Source: Thermoplasmata archaeon
GTDB taxonomy: Archaea; Thermoplasmatota; Thermoplasmata; Thermoplasmatales; Thermoplasmataceae
Assembly (NCBI GenBank): GCA_021821635.1
Contig: JAKACH010000001.1
Coordinates: forward strand, 8,304 to 72,303
Reading direction: 5' to 3'
Length of the DNA: 64,000 nucleotides
The notes under the pieces are model-generated. The model saw only the letters and a program-made list of their open reading frames with translations. It was not told where the DNA came from and ran no database searches. Positions within the stretch are counted from its first letter, which is position 1; the number at the start of each line of letters is the position of its first letter. Of the stretch, positions 1-8,883 are shown piece after piece. The translations under genes and the position numbers were made by a program.

Positions 1-246
1 ATTCACAGTGGTGTTGCCATAACCTAATAGGGTCTGGTAAATCTGATCGTCAAACATGACTGAGTTAGTATCGTACGCTACTGCTGGGTCCAGTGAGACA
101 GGGGTCGCCGAGCTTGCCATAATCAGGGTCTGGCCTGTGTTTGCAGGAGGTGTGGACGGAGACTTGCTTTTGTTCAAAGCAAAATATGTCCCCAAGCCCG
201 CAGCAATTACAATTACTACTATTATTACGGCCAGCAATGCTTTCAT
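1..246 (-). CDS. ABC transporter substrate-binding protein, family 5 (Opp/Dpp/Nik type), N-terminal fragment running off the window
   Basis: My own minus-strand translation from the ATG (complement of 244-246) gives MKALLAVIIVVIVIAAGLGTYFALNKSKSPSTPPANTGQTLIMASSATPVSLDPAVAYDTNSVMFDDQIYQTLLGYGNTTVN. It stays open to position 1, so it is absent from the ORF track. A hydrophobic N-terminal anchor is followed by the 'SLDPAxAYDxxS..IYxxLLxY' opening typical of family-5 solute-binding proteins. Confidence 0.6.
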   Translation of the reverse strand, partial: MKALLAVIIVVIVIAAGLGTYFALNKSKSPSTPPANTGQTLIMASSATPVSLDPAVAYDTNSVMFDDQIYQTLLGYGNTTVN

Positions 247-899
247 GCCAGTTTTCATAAAAACGCAATATAAAATCTATTATTAGAAGATTAGTTGCAT
301 CCGTACAAATAACGTTCTTATATAATGACTGACATTGTCAATCTATGACATACAGACGCTTTATAATACCTATTCTTCCATTGTATATTACTTTCATGTT
401 CCGATTTCCATTAGGTAATATATTGTTGAAAATGCAAACATTGAAAAGTTTCTTCAGCACAGTTTTATGAATCAACCTGTTAAGCTTTCCTTACTCTAAT
501 TCTATGGACATAAAAGCATTTAAGGGATATTTGGTACCATATCTTAATCGGTCATGTTGCTCGAGATAAGACGCTTTGTTGAACATTTAAAGCCTTATTA
601 CTCAGTTAGAATCTCTGCGCTGAACCTACGGCATATTTCCAATGTTTTGTCTCTGCTGCAATAAACCGATATGTTAAGTCTGGAAAAAGGCAGGTAATAT
701 GTCAGGGGTTTCACCCAGCTTTCCAGGGTTTTGGCCGAGTTAAAGGTCCTGAACAGAACATCAATCTTTGCATGCACTCAGGTCTAACTTGCAACCTCAA
801 CACTCAGATTCTAATCTATCAATACTTCTATTCTTTATGAGGCTTACATTTAGCCGTTTCGATGCAATCTTTTTTAATATTCTAGAACATATAATCGCA

Positions 900-1334
900 A
901 TGAAAGAATTCAGACCGGATCCCCTTGACATGCAGATCCTGGAAATTATGGAAAAAGACTGTAACAAAAGTTACAGAGAAATTTCCGAGGAGACAGGTAA
1001 AGACATGTGGATGGTCAGGGACAGAGTGGTACTTCTCAAGAGAAGGGGTATTATAAAAGGTTGCAAGGCTGAGATAGATTATGCTGATATTGGCCTTAAC
1101 TGCAGGTCACTCATAATTTTTAATCTGCCTGAAGATAAAATAGATTCATTTCTATCATTTGCGAGGTCGAATTCAGCATTCAAGAGACTTTCAATAGCTA
1201 CAGGCCAACGAAGATTCTATCTTGAAATAGTGGGTAAGGATTGTAATGAAGTGAGGGAATATGCAAGAAAAACGCTACCAAAATACGGCGTCTATGACGT
1301 AATCTTCGAAGTGATTTTCGACACCCCGATTTAG
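900..1334 (+). CDS. Lrp/AsnC family transcriptional regulator
   Basis: The tracked ORF is 768-1334. The likely start is the internal ATG at 900 (MKEFRPDPLDMQILEIMEKDCNKSYREISEETG...), giving 144 aa. It has an N-terminal HTH and a C-terminal RAM-like domain of Lrp/AsnC size and layout. Confidence 0.8.
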   Translation: MKEFRPDPLDMQILEIMEKDCNKSYREISEETGKDMWMVRDRVVLLKRRGIIKGCKAEIDYADIGLNCRSLIIFNLPEDKIDSFLSFARSNSAFKRLSIATGQRRFYLEIVGKDCNEVREYARKTLPKYGVYDVIFEVIFDTPI

Positions 1335-1531
1335 CGTTTGCCCTTATTCATATATATGCTTAATAGAACAACTTTGTAATTCGGCCTAAATTTGACGGTC
1401 TTTCAGCAGGGCCACATCTCGTTGTAGAAACTTTACCTCTTACAAAATTAACCCAATTTTTGCCTGAAAATTCTTAATTTTACCCAAATTATAAGCATTT
1501 TTCTTATTTAGACCGGCATTATAATGAATTC

Positions 1532-2275
1532 ATGGATACGGGAATGGAGGAAATTAATAACTTTGCTAAGGCAACCCTTGGAAAGCTGCCAGACATTGTT
1601 GGTTTGCTTGGTAAGATAAACAAGGAACTCGCAATGGAACAGTTCAGGGAGAACAAAACACTATATCTCGGAAGGACACATCTCGAGGGAAAGGCGCTCT
1701 CACTGGTTGCAATAGCTGTATCCGCAGCAAACGGTCAAAAAGATTCCGTAATGCTTCACTTCAACCTTGCTAAGAAATTCGGAACCGAACCACTTGAGGT
1801 GCTTGATGCATTGAAAGCGGCTAAAATGGCACTCATGGCATCGACGATGTCTTCCCTTCAAGAGACAGTTAAGATTATCGAGGAAAATGAGCATATTAGC
1901 AGACATACAGAGGAAGTGGACAAGATAATCAAGAAAATAAAAGTTGAAACTGGTATGGAAAAACTTCCTGAAGGGATGCTCGCACTCTCGAAATTTTCAT
2001 TTGGTCTTTTTATGGAGCACCTGAAAGAGAAGTCTGAACTCTTGTCTCCTTACAAGATCGATCCAAAGCTGATATATCTCATAGCCTACGCAGTCAGCGT
2101 ATCCATTCATTCTGATGAATGCGCGACAACATACCTCAGGCAATCCATGAAATCTGGAGCCAAAATTGGAGAGATTGAAGACGCACTCTCAATTTCACGT
2201 TTCATAACCGGAAACAAGGCCTACATAACGTCTGTTGAAGTCCTCCAGGAAATGGCTACCAAAGTTGAAGTGTAA
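1532..2275 (+). CDS. carboxymuconolactone decarboxylase / AhpD-like family protein (two-domain)
   Basis: 247 aa. 'KALSLVAIAVSAANG' and a second half 'LIYLIAYAVSVSIHSDECATTYLRQSMKSGAKIGEIEDAL' resemble tandem CMD/AhpD-like helical domains. This is motif-level only. Confidence 0.5.
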   Translation: MDTGMEEINNFAKATLGKLPDIVGLLGKINKELAMEQFRENKTLYLGRTHLEGKALSLVAIAVSAANGQKDSVMLHFNLAKKFGTEPLEVLDALKAAKMALMASTMSSLQETVKIIEENEHISRHTEEVDKIIKKIKVETGMEKLPEGMLALSKFSFGLFMEHLKEKSELLSPYKIDPKLIYLIAYAVSVSIHSDECATTYLRQSMKSGAKIGEIEDALSISRFITGNKAYITSVEVLQEMATKVEV

Positions 2276-2315
2276 CCTATGAAGTTAATTTTATAAACGG
2301 TGGATTCTGGGTTTC

Positions 2316-3347
2316 ATGAAAAAGAGATTATTCATTCCATTTGGGTCTGAGTGGTTTGGAATTCCAATATCAACTCTAGCACTTGCACAAGTATACTTGC
2401 TAATTTTCGGCAGGGAACATGGTATTGTATACAGGTATATCGGGGAAGGGCTGACCTTTACCGGTCTCCTGATATTTGCAATTATATTTGTTATGTGGGT
2501 AGTAAGCAGTCTTTCCTCACGTGGCAAGAAACATGCACACTGGGAAAACCTTACCAGGCTTAGCTTTATAGCTTTGATCCCAATAGTTGGTTTTGTTGGA
2601 AATGCACAACTTTTATCAATTTTTGGTATAAATTCCCTTTCTGCCGGCATTTCTCTTTTTGATTTCTATGTGTTCTATGGACTCTCTCTTGTACTTGGGG
2701 TACTACTGGGATACAGATTATATACCAAGGAAATTGCACCACGGGAGATAAATTATGCAATAGTGATACCACCTCTTGCAATTGGTACCAACGTATTTCT
2801 TGCGCCTTACGTGATAAGCTATTACGGAGGAGTCGAAAGCCAGGCAATATCCTTTCTAGTAATCATGGGACTCGGAATCTTTTTCTTTCTTTACATCTTC
2901 ATTGGTTCACTTGCCCTTTCAGCACATGTTTCAACTAAAATGCATGAGTCGTTGCCTACAACCATGCTGCCTGTTGGAATAGCCAGTCTAATTGTCCTCA
3001 ACCTGTTCACAATAAGCGGCTTCGATTCACCAGGCGCTCTGTCATTAAGTATACATACCGTTAGCCTTCTTTCCATAATGCTCTGGGGATTCGAAGTCTG
3101 GAATTTCCTCGTCGTTCTGATTATAATATTCGCAAGACCCTCAAGAGGGAACCTTAGCGTTTGGGCGTATGGATTTCCACTAGGATTGTTCGCAACTTCG
3201 ACACTGAAGATAATGACGGTGGTTAATTTTAGCTGGATGTTCTGGATATTTATAGCAATAGCTGTAATGCTTAACATCCTGTGGGTGTATGGTTGGATCA
3301 ATACCGTATTATTTGTCGGGATGCAGTCGGCTAAGGCCCGATCATAA
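2316..3347 (+). CDS. polytopic membrane transporter, possibly TDT (TehA/Mae1-like) family
   Basis: 343 aa with about 10 hydrophobic segments. The N-terminal 'PFGSEWFGIPISTLALAQVY' resembles the opening of TehA/C4-dicarboxylate transporter proteins. The membrane-protein call is secure; the family assignment is tentative. Confidence 0.45.
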   Translation: MKKRLFIPFGSEWFGIPISTLALAQVYLLIFGREHGIVYRYIGEGLTFTGLLIFAIIFVMWVVSSLSSRGKKHAHWENLTRLSFIALIPIVGFVGNAQLLSIFGINSLSAGISLFDFYVFYGLSLVLGVLLGYRLYTKEIAPREINYAIVIPPLAIGTNVFLAPYVISYYGGVESQAISFLVIMGLGIFFFLYIFIGSLALSAHVSTKMHESLPTTMLPVGIASLIVLNLFTISGFDSPGALSLSIHTVSLLSIMLWGFEVWNFLVVLIIIFARPSRGNLSVWAYGFPLGLFATSTLKIMTVVNFSWMFWIFIAIAVMLNILWVYGWINTVLFVGMQSAKARS

Positions 3348-3394
3348 ATGCAATGAAATAGACATTCGCATAAAATTGTACCGATTTAAAGACT

Positions 3395-3754
3395 TTAACT
3401 CCTAAGAATTTTGGGGAATAACTTTATCCCAATCACCTCTTCTATTTCCCCTGCCTTCTTTGTAATTTCCGACAGCACTTTACAGGCCCCCGTTGTTATT
3501 ATGCAGAGCCTGGATAACTCAGTGACAACATCGTTCACCGAGAGCTTTCCATTCACAACATTGTCCTTCAGTATGTTCAGTATCCTGTATCTTATGTAAA
3601 GAGCAACAAGTATCGTGAGAAAATATCCCCTTACAGAATCGACATCCTGCAGGTATGTCTTGCGATCGGATCCGTAACAATCAGCATAAGACAGATCAAC
3701 TTTTTTCACAGAAGTGAATGCCACATGTTCTGAGAATGGGGTCCTGAATTCCAA
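3395..3754 (-). pseudogene. 3' remnant of an IS4/IS1634-like transposase gene
   Basis: The 119-aa ORF contains '...VRGYFLTILVALYIRYRILNILKD...KLSVNDVVTELSRLCII...EITKKAGEIEEVIGI'. This matches the post-YREK C-terminal tail pattern of archaeal IS4-type transposases. No DDE N-terminal part is present, and the frame closes at the relB promoter region. Confidence 0.4.
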
Positions 3755-3814
3755 TTATTTTGTGGCAAAATCATATATATTATGGTAAATTATAGAATGA
3801 TATAGTGATTTCAA

Positions 3815-4033
3815 ATGCCTACAACAATACAGGTCAGCGAGAAGCTGCGAAAAGAACTTGCAAAGCGTAAAGTGTATGACAAGGAAACTTACGAAGAAGT
3901 AATCTGGGATCTCATGGAAGATGCACTGGAACTGGACGAAGAAACAAAAAGAGAAATAGCTCAAGCTCGGCAGGAGATCAAGGAAGGCAAATATCACACC
4001 TTGGAAGAAGTCAAGAAGGATCTGGGACTTTGA
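3815..4033 (+). CDS. relB: type II antitoxin (RelB-like partner of RelE)
   Basis: 72 aa, highly charged and helical. Its stop overlaps the TTG start of the RelE-like gene (TTGA overlap at 4030-4033). Confidence 0.7.
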   Translation: MPTTIQVSEKLRKELAKRKVYDKETYEEVIWDLMEDALELDEETKREIAQARQEIKEGKYHTLEEVKKDLGL

Positions 4034-4284
4034 CCTATGAAGTGCTCTTTTCAGATCTCGCTCTAAAGCAACTTAGAAAGCTTGACCAGGAAATCAGGCA
4101 GAGAATAATTGCAATGATCGAACGGATCAGGATAAGACCAGATGATTATGTCAGGAAACTTGTTGGAGATGATGGATACAGGCTAAGGGTGGGAAATTAC
4201 AGGGTTATAATGGACCTCGACAGGGAAAAACTCATAATTCTTGTATTAAGAATAGGTCATAGAAGGAACGTTTATGATTCGTAA
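4030..4284 (+). CDS. relE: RelE/ParE family mRNA interferase toxin
   Basis: 84 aa. 'ALKQLRKLDQEIRQRIIAMIERI...YRLRVGNYRVIMDLDREKLIILVLRIGHRRNVY' is the classical RelE/StbE pattern. Confidence 0.8.
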   Translation: MTYEVLFSDLALKQLRKLDQEIRQRIIAMIERIRIRPDDYVRKLVGDDGYRLRVGNYRVIMDLDREKLIILVLRIGHRRNVYDS

Positions 4285-4579
4285 GCTTGTTCACTGCATT
4301 CCCGGATCCTTTATTCAGAGTTTGATTGCCACCGTAGAAACGCTTCTGAATAAACACGTCATGATTCAAATTAGTGAAAGTGGGCTGGACACCCAGTATG
4401 GAAGGATGAGAAATGTTAGATACTTTCTTGAGGAACTCTGACGCAAATATCAGTGCCAGGTCGAGGGTGTAAAAATGACCGGGAAAAATGAATTCTAAGA
4501 GAAACTCGTAAATTTCTTCAATGCAGAGAATAACCGGGACCGGAAATTATATGAGTCATTCCTTACACTAGAGTAGAGT

Positions 4580-4853
4580 GGATTTCGTACGGTTCCCCAA
4601 GTGAAAAGTCGTGGTTGGAAGGGAGGCGTATGTCTAGACTATGATCAGAGCTTATCAGAACATAGCATAGTGATTCAAGGTTTTGAATATGGTTTCTGAC
4701 ATAGAAAGAGGGATCGTAATTGCAGAGCTTGAGTTACTTTCAAGAAGATCAGTGGATGTATTTGAGTTTGAAAATGGTTTGATCAGGAGAGAGCGGGAGT
4801 ATTATAATGATAGTTTCTGGCTAGAGCCAAGGGATAAACCATAAAGTAAATCC
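4580..4853 (+). pseudogene. decayed nucleotidyltransferase (MNT-like) gene fragments
   Basis: My own translation finds a 54-codon ORF at 4689-4853 (MVSDIERGIVIAELELLSRRSVDVFEFENGLIRREREYYNDSFWLEPRDKP). It resembles the C-terminal 'LE.ELS.LLGRKVDLV' part of minimal nucleotidyltransferases. Upstream, out-of-frame pieces read 'ISYGSPSEK' and 'LDYDQSL', resembling degraded GS and DxD motifs. The call is weak. Confidence 0.25.
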
Positions 4854-4890
4854 GGAAATCTGCCTCCAATTGAGTACAAACGCATTTATA

Positions 4891-4913
4891 AAAATGGACC
4901 GGTCGGGATTTGA
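4891..4913. repeat. partial copy of the tRNA-Ala 3' end (att-like direct repeat, distal copy)
   Basis: aaaatggaccggtcgggatttga at 4891-4913 matches aaaatggaccggtcgggacttga at 5772-5794 at 22 of 23 positions in the same orientation. Confidence 0.6.
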
Positions 4914-4992
4914 TCAAAGTTTTAAGCGAATACGTTGATTCAATCTCAGGAATTCTCACTCGCATTATTCCTACCTCTTTTGGGGTGTCATT

Positions 4993-5364
4993 TTAAAGAT
5001 AGTTGGAACCAGTTCTCTTAACACCTAGCTTTTCGTAAATGTGATCTGTGCTGATTATTTCGCCTCCACACAGTGAAGCATGGAAAGAGTCAAACACTCC
5101 TGTTTTTTCGTGATCTATGAGGTGTGCTGCTGCTAATGCATTTGACTTGTTCGCGCCTTTCAGTTCAGCAATGGATAGAACACTAGCAATCATTCCTTCG
5201 ACAGGAATCCCTTTTCTAACACTAACTAGCGCTAGTTCCACCAATGTCAGAATAGAGGTGTATATATGCCCTTCATAGTCTTCCAATACTTTTATTGCCC
5301 ACGAGTTAAGCCTATCATCTGGATTCGCAATTGCGATGAAGAAATCTGTATCGGCGTATGGCAT
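4993..5364 (-). CDS. vapC: PIN-domain toxin VapC
   Basis: 123 aa. The acidic PIN residues lie in 'YADTDFFIA', 'LTLVELA', 'GVFDSFHA' and 'ISTDH'. Its start overlaps the stop of the upstream antitoxin. Confidence 0.85.
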   Translation of the reverse strand: MPYADTDFFIAIANPDDRLNSWAIKVLEDYEGHIYTSILTLVELALVSVRKGIPVEGMIASVLSIAELKGANKSNALAAAHLIDHEKTGVFDSFHASLCGGEIISTDHIYEKLGVKRTGSNYL

Positions 5365-5636
5365 TATCTTCTTTCCTTATGTATTCTGCTGTTCCTTTCT
5401 GAGACTTCCTTTTTTGCTTCTTCTTCGGCCAGCGCGCCAACATCTCTTGCCGTTAAATTGCCAATTTTCAGTTCTTTACCCCATTTTCTGAGCTCTGCAA
5501 CAGGGTCTTTTGGTCTAGGAATTAGCACAATCTCGTCTGATAATTTAACTATAAAGAATCTATCTCCATATTGTTTTATTGCATCTTTACCTATATTAAT
5601 TCGTCCCTTCTCATCCATTCTAGCTTCTTCAACCAT
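5364..5636 (-). CDS. vapB: AbrB/SpoVT-fold antitoxin VapB
   Basis: 90 aa. 'MDEKGRINIGKDAIKQYGDRFFIV' is the swapped-hairpin AbrB/MazE motif. It overlaps vapC by 1 nt. Confidence 0.8.
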   Translation of the reverse strand: MVEEARMDEKGRINIGKDAIKQYGDRFFIVKLSDEIVLIPRPKDPVAELRKWGKELKIGNLTARDVGALAEEEAKKEVSERNSRIHKERR

Positions 5637-5775
5637 TTTGTACGAATATAGAATGTAATCTAATTAAGTTTGTGGGATTTTATTCTTATTTAGGGTAAAT
5701 GTGTATATATTATCCCACCACCACAATTTAGAAAATTTAAACCATGAAGTCAAACAACCACAGAATTAACCAAAA

Positions 5776-5847
5776 TGGACCGGTCGGGACTTGAACCCGA
5801 GGCCTCCTGCTTGCAAAGCAGGCGATCTACCGCTGATCTACCGGCCC
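5776..5847 (-). tRNA. tRNA-Ala (anticodon UGC)
   Basis: The minus-strand sequence is GGGCCGGTAGATCAGCGGTAGATCGCCTGCTTTGCAAGCAGGAGGCCTCGGGTTCAAGTCCCGACCGGTCCA. It has a 7-bp acceptor stem with the Ala identity pair G3:U70. The anticodon stem is CCTGC/GCAGG with loop TTTGCAA. The T arm is TCGGG-TTCAAGT-CCCGA. No CCA is encoded. Confidence 0.9.
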
Positions 5848-5871
5848 ATTCTTTGGCACTGATTTTCGCGA

Positions 5872-5883
5872 GGTTTATAATTC
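5872..5883 (-). promoter_or_regulatory. putative TATA box of tRNA-Ala
   Basis: The minus strand reads GAATTATAAACC, centred about 30 nt upstream of the mature tRNA 5' end. This is an A/T-rich box at the expected archaeal spacing. Confidence 0.35.
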
Positions 5884-6106
5884 TATTGCAAGGTTTGACT
5901 TAAAGTCAGAGCACCAATCAGATCAGGCGATCAACAAGAAAACCGCGAGTCCACGCAGGGACACGTTATGTCATCAATACTTATGCTAACAAAAACATTG
6001 AAAACAATAGAATAGAAGTTGACTCATTCTAACTGGTCCTTGTTTTTATTTTTTGAGTTCTCAATATGAGAAAAATAGTTATGACTTAATCTGTCTTACC
6101 TAAAAA

Positions 6107-6898
6107 GTGGAAGAATACTATGAAACCCTGGATAAAGTTTTTTCAGAAGCCGCTAAAATTTATGACAAAAAAATATTGTCCAATTTTATAAACGTCAATA
6201 TCAGATCTTTAGAAATGCAAACTCTTTTAAAGTATTCCAAAAGGGGAAAGAGTATTTTAGAGATCGGATGCGGAACAGGGGAAGAAGCCAGCAAATTTAT
6301 TCTTAAAACTGGAAACGGGGTTACATGCCTTGAAATTTCCCGGGGTATGATAGATTTTGCTAGAAGTAAAATGGACAAGCTTGGAGTTCTTAACAAGTTC
6401 ACCGCAGTAAACGGGGCAGCATGCGAAATTAAGTCTATTGGGCATTCCTTTGACGTGATCTACTCCTTCAATGGCGCATTGAACACCGAGCCCAGGATAA
6501 GAGAAGCTGCTGATGGAATATACGATACTTTGAAAGATAACGGCATATTGATCTTTTCCATCAGAAATAGAAAATGTTTGGGCGAAATTGTCCTATACTC
6601 TATATTGGGAAGAGATGAGAAGGTCAAGGATCGAATTGCGGAAGAAACCTACGTTGAGGTGGTCGGAAACAGGGTTATGTCAAAATACTACTCTCCTGAT
6701 GAAATTTTATCGATATTTGAAAAATTTAAATTAGTTGAAAAGAAGGGCCTTGCAATAACTCTCCCACCGTATTTGGCGGAAAAAGTTCCCTCAAATATCT
6801 TTAGACGCATACTGACATTCTTAGAAACATTTCTTTCGTCTATCCCGATCTTTTCATCTTTTGGTGACGAGGTAATGTATGTCTTTAAAAAACAGTGA
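6107..6898 (+). CDS. class I SAM-dependent methyltransferase
   Basis: 263 aa with a GTG start. Motif I is 'ILEIGCGTGEEA' and post-I is 'VTCLEIS'. The C-terminal tail 'PPY...LSSIPIFSSFGDEVMYVFKK' is shared with the next gene. Confidence 0.8.
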   Translation: MEEYYETLDKVFSEAAKIYDKKILSNFINVNIRSLEMQTLLKYSKRGKSILEIGCGTGEEASKFILKTGNGVTCLEISRGMIDFARSKMDKLGVLNKFTAVNGAACEIKSIGHSFDVIYSFNGALNTEPRIREAADGIYDTLKDNGILIFSIRNRKCLGEIVLYSILGRDEKVKDRIAEETYVEVVGNRVMSKYYSPDEILSIFEKFKLVEKKGLAITLPPYLAEKVPSNIFRRILTFLETFLSSIPIFSSFGDEVMYVFKKQ

Positions 6899-7964
6899 TT
6901 TTTATATGGAGGTTCAACTCCCAGATCCATATTTATCCGTTGAATTAGTTAATTACATTCAAGAAGGCGACGGATTTCACATTATAGTAACTGGAGAATG
7001 GAAGAGGAAGCTTGAAAACTGCGGTTATGCCACGGTTAATGGTCAGATATATTCAATAAGTGAAGAGAAAATTGATGTCTTGATACCGGCCTTTGAAAAA
7101 AAATATGGCACCAGTCATCTTGAAGTTCACAATATGCGTTCTGGAACTGCCTACAATCTTCGACGCACCGATCAAGCTAGAAAAACTAGATATGAGATAT
7201 TAGAAGCTGAATTTGACCAGCTATCAGAGAATTATGAGAAATCTGTCAAGAGCAACCCTATTGAGGTATACATGAGAAAGATAACTTCCGATATCTTGTC
7301 CCAAATAGTTCATGATGGAATGAACATTCTTGAAATCGGTTGTGGTACGTTAATAGAGGCCTCGGCGATCAGATCTAATGTTTACCTTACCTGTGCCGAG
7401 ATATCAAACGAAATGATCAGCAGAGCGCAGGAGAAATCTAAGCAACTAAAGCAGGTTGAACTGGAAACTCTGAAGGTATCAAGGGGCTATTTTAAAACAG
7501 AAAAAAAATATGATGTCATTTTCACTACTTTCGGTTATCTAGATCTTGAAGTAACTGAAACAATTGAGGCTACCTTAAAGGAGAACCTGAAAATGGATGG
7601 AATATTTATCGGAGCTTACTGGAACCGGTTTGGACTGATGGATATTCTTGTGTCTACATTGCTGGGCAGATACAAATATGTAAAACAGAAGATTGCTGGA
7701 ATGGTTTTGCCGGATCTTTCAAGATTTACTACTGCAACAACACCGAAGGGGCCGTTTGCGTTTTCCAACATGGAAGGTTTCTCGGAAATTAAGCGTCTTG
7801 GCCTTTGTACAATTATTCCGCCATATAACTTCAATAAAGTTGCGAAAAGACTCGTTAACAAGCGATTGCTGTTTGCAATTGATAAGTTAGTGTCATCTTT
7901 GCCCATAATCAAGAATTTTGGCGACTATGTCATTGTGGTGCTTAAGAGGGAAGATGTCTCATAA
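6879..7964 (+). CDS. class I SAM-dependent methyltransferase with an extra ~110-aa N-terminal domain (paralog of 6107-6898)
   Basis: 361 aa. An alternative ATG at 6906 lies 8 nt after the upstream stop. Motif I is 'ILEIGCGTLIEASAI' and the C-terminal tail is 'PPY...LVSSLPIIKNFGDYVIVVLKR'. Confidence 0.75.
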   Translation: MSLKNSDFYMEVQLPDPYLSVELVNYIQEGDGFHIIVTGEWKRKLENCGYATVNGQIYSISEEKIDVLIPAFEKKYGTSHLEVHNMRSGTAYNLRRTDQARKTRYEILEAEFDQLSENYEKSVKSNPIEVYMRKITSDILSQIVHDGMNILEIGCGTLIEASAIRSNVYLTCAEISNEMISRAQEKSKQLKQVELETLKVSRGYFKTEKKYDVIFTTFGYLDLEVTETIEATLKENLKMDGIFIGAYWNRFGLMDILVSTLLGRYKYVKQKIAGMVLPDLSRFTTATTPKGPFAFSNMEGFSEIKRLGLCTIIPPYNFNKVAKRLVNKRLLFAIDKLVSSLPIIKNFGDYVIVVLKREDVS

Positions 7965-8883
7965 CTCAGTAGAGAGCATCAGCATCATTATACCCTCTCA
8001 TAATCGTTACTCAAAACTCAATGCACTGCTGAAAAGTATAGAGGAAAACAGCGTTGATCAGCTGAAGGAAATCATAATAATAGACGACTCCGACTCTATT
8101 AGTGACATAACCCCGTGTCAAAACTTAAAAATTATTCACGTAAAAATTTCATTCAGGATATTCATTTCACAGGCAAAGAATATAGGGGCCAAGTTAGCTA
8201 CGTCCGATTATCTGTTCTACATAGATGATGATAACATTGTTGGTGAAAATACATTTCTGCCCGTTATGGAAGTCTTCTCTTCGCAGGATAACGTCGGAGC
8301 CGTTATGCCTTCAGTAATGTATTTTTTAGAACCTGAATTAGTTTGGGTATATGCAACGCCATTCAAAAAGGGGAAATGGGGACATGAGCTTATCGGGAGA
8401 AACCATCCAAGAAATATTGAGCTCGAAAATAAGTTATACGATGTCGACGCTCTTCCAAACTCATGCATGATAGCTAAAAAAGCTTTGATGCAGGTAAATT
8501 ACTTTAACTCTGACCTGCAGATAAACAGTTCTGGAGACCTCGCGCTAAAGTTAAAGTCGGCTGGTTTTAGGGTGCTTGCCACATCATACGCTAAAATTTA
8601 TCACGATGTGCCTTTACCTGGAAAATTTGGGTACTGGTCAGTGCATGGTCGCAATGATCCAAACCGCGTAAAGCTAGAGATTACAAACTGGTTCACGTAT
8701 ATGAGGGAAGTCCATTCAAATGACTCATTTTTTATTTGGAAGGCACTGTTCCATTCGCTTAGGTTCATTCTTCCAAATCTACTTACCTACCTCATGCTGG
8801 GAGGACAAAACAGGAAAAAGCTGATGGAAAATCTCTTACTTGGAGTGCTTGTTTCAGTCAGGCAACCTAAATTTAAGAAATAG
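7954..8883 (+). CDS. family 2 glycosyltransferase
   Basis: The tracked ORF is 7918-8883. The likely start is the ATG at 7954 (MSHNSVESISIIIPSHNRYSKLNALLKSIEEN). 'IIIIDDSD' and 'FYIDDDN' are the GT-A DxD region. Confidence 0.8.
   Translation: MSHNSVESISIIIPSHNRYSKLNALLKSIEENSVDQLKEIIIIDDSDSISDITPCQNLKIIHVKISFRIFISQAKNIGAKLATSDYLFYIDDDNIVGENTFLPVMEVFSSQDNVGAVMPSVMYFLEPELVWVYATPFKKGKWGHELIGRNHPRNIELENKLYDVDALPNSCMIAKKALMQVNYFNSDLQINSSGDLALKLKSAGFRVLATSYAKIYHDVPLPGKFGYWSVHGRNDPNRVKLEITNWFTYMREVHSNDSFFIWKALFHSLRFILPNLLTYLMLGGQNRKKLMENLLLGVLVSVRQPKFKK

Larger units (their letters stand above)
4891..5794 (-). mobile_element. remnant of an element integrated at tRNA-Ala, now carrying only vapBC
   Basis: It is bracketed by the 23-nt direct repeat, one copy of which is the 3' end of tRNA-Ala. 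The content is a single TA cassette and no integrase is left. Confidence 0.4.

Noticed and set aside
56-286. The 76-aa (+) and 67-aa (65-268, -) ORFs from the track at the window start
   Set aside because: Both are shadow frames of the real minus-strand gene (1-246), whose translation gives a clean signal anchor plus a family-5 binding-protein N-terminus. The tracked ORFs have no motif and odd composition.
330-340. The palindrome TGACATTGTCA about 85-95 nt upstream of the binding-protein gene, near the divergent Lrp gene
   Set aside because: It is a single short 5-1-5 palindrome in a 650-bp AT-rich intergenic region. It has no second copy and no known consensus, so I cannot distinguish it from chance.
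4783-4965. A 60-aa minus-strand ORF reading through the att-like repeat, considered as an Int(N) fragment of an SSV-type integrase that splits on integration
   Set aside because: It has no recognisable integrase motifs. No matching Int(C) ORF abuts the tRNA-proximal repeat, since 5640-5775 is full of stops. The composition looks non-coding.
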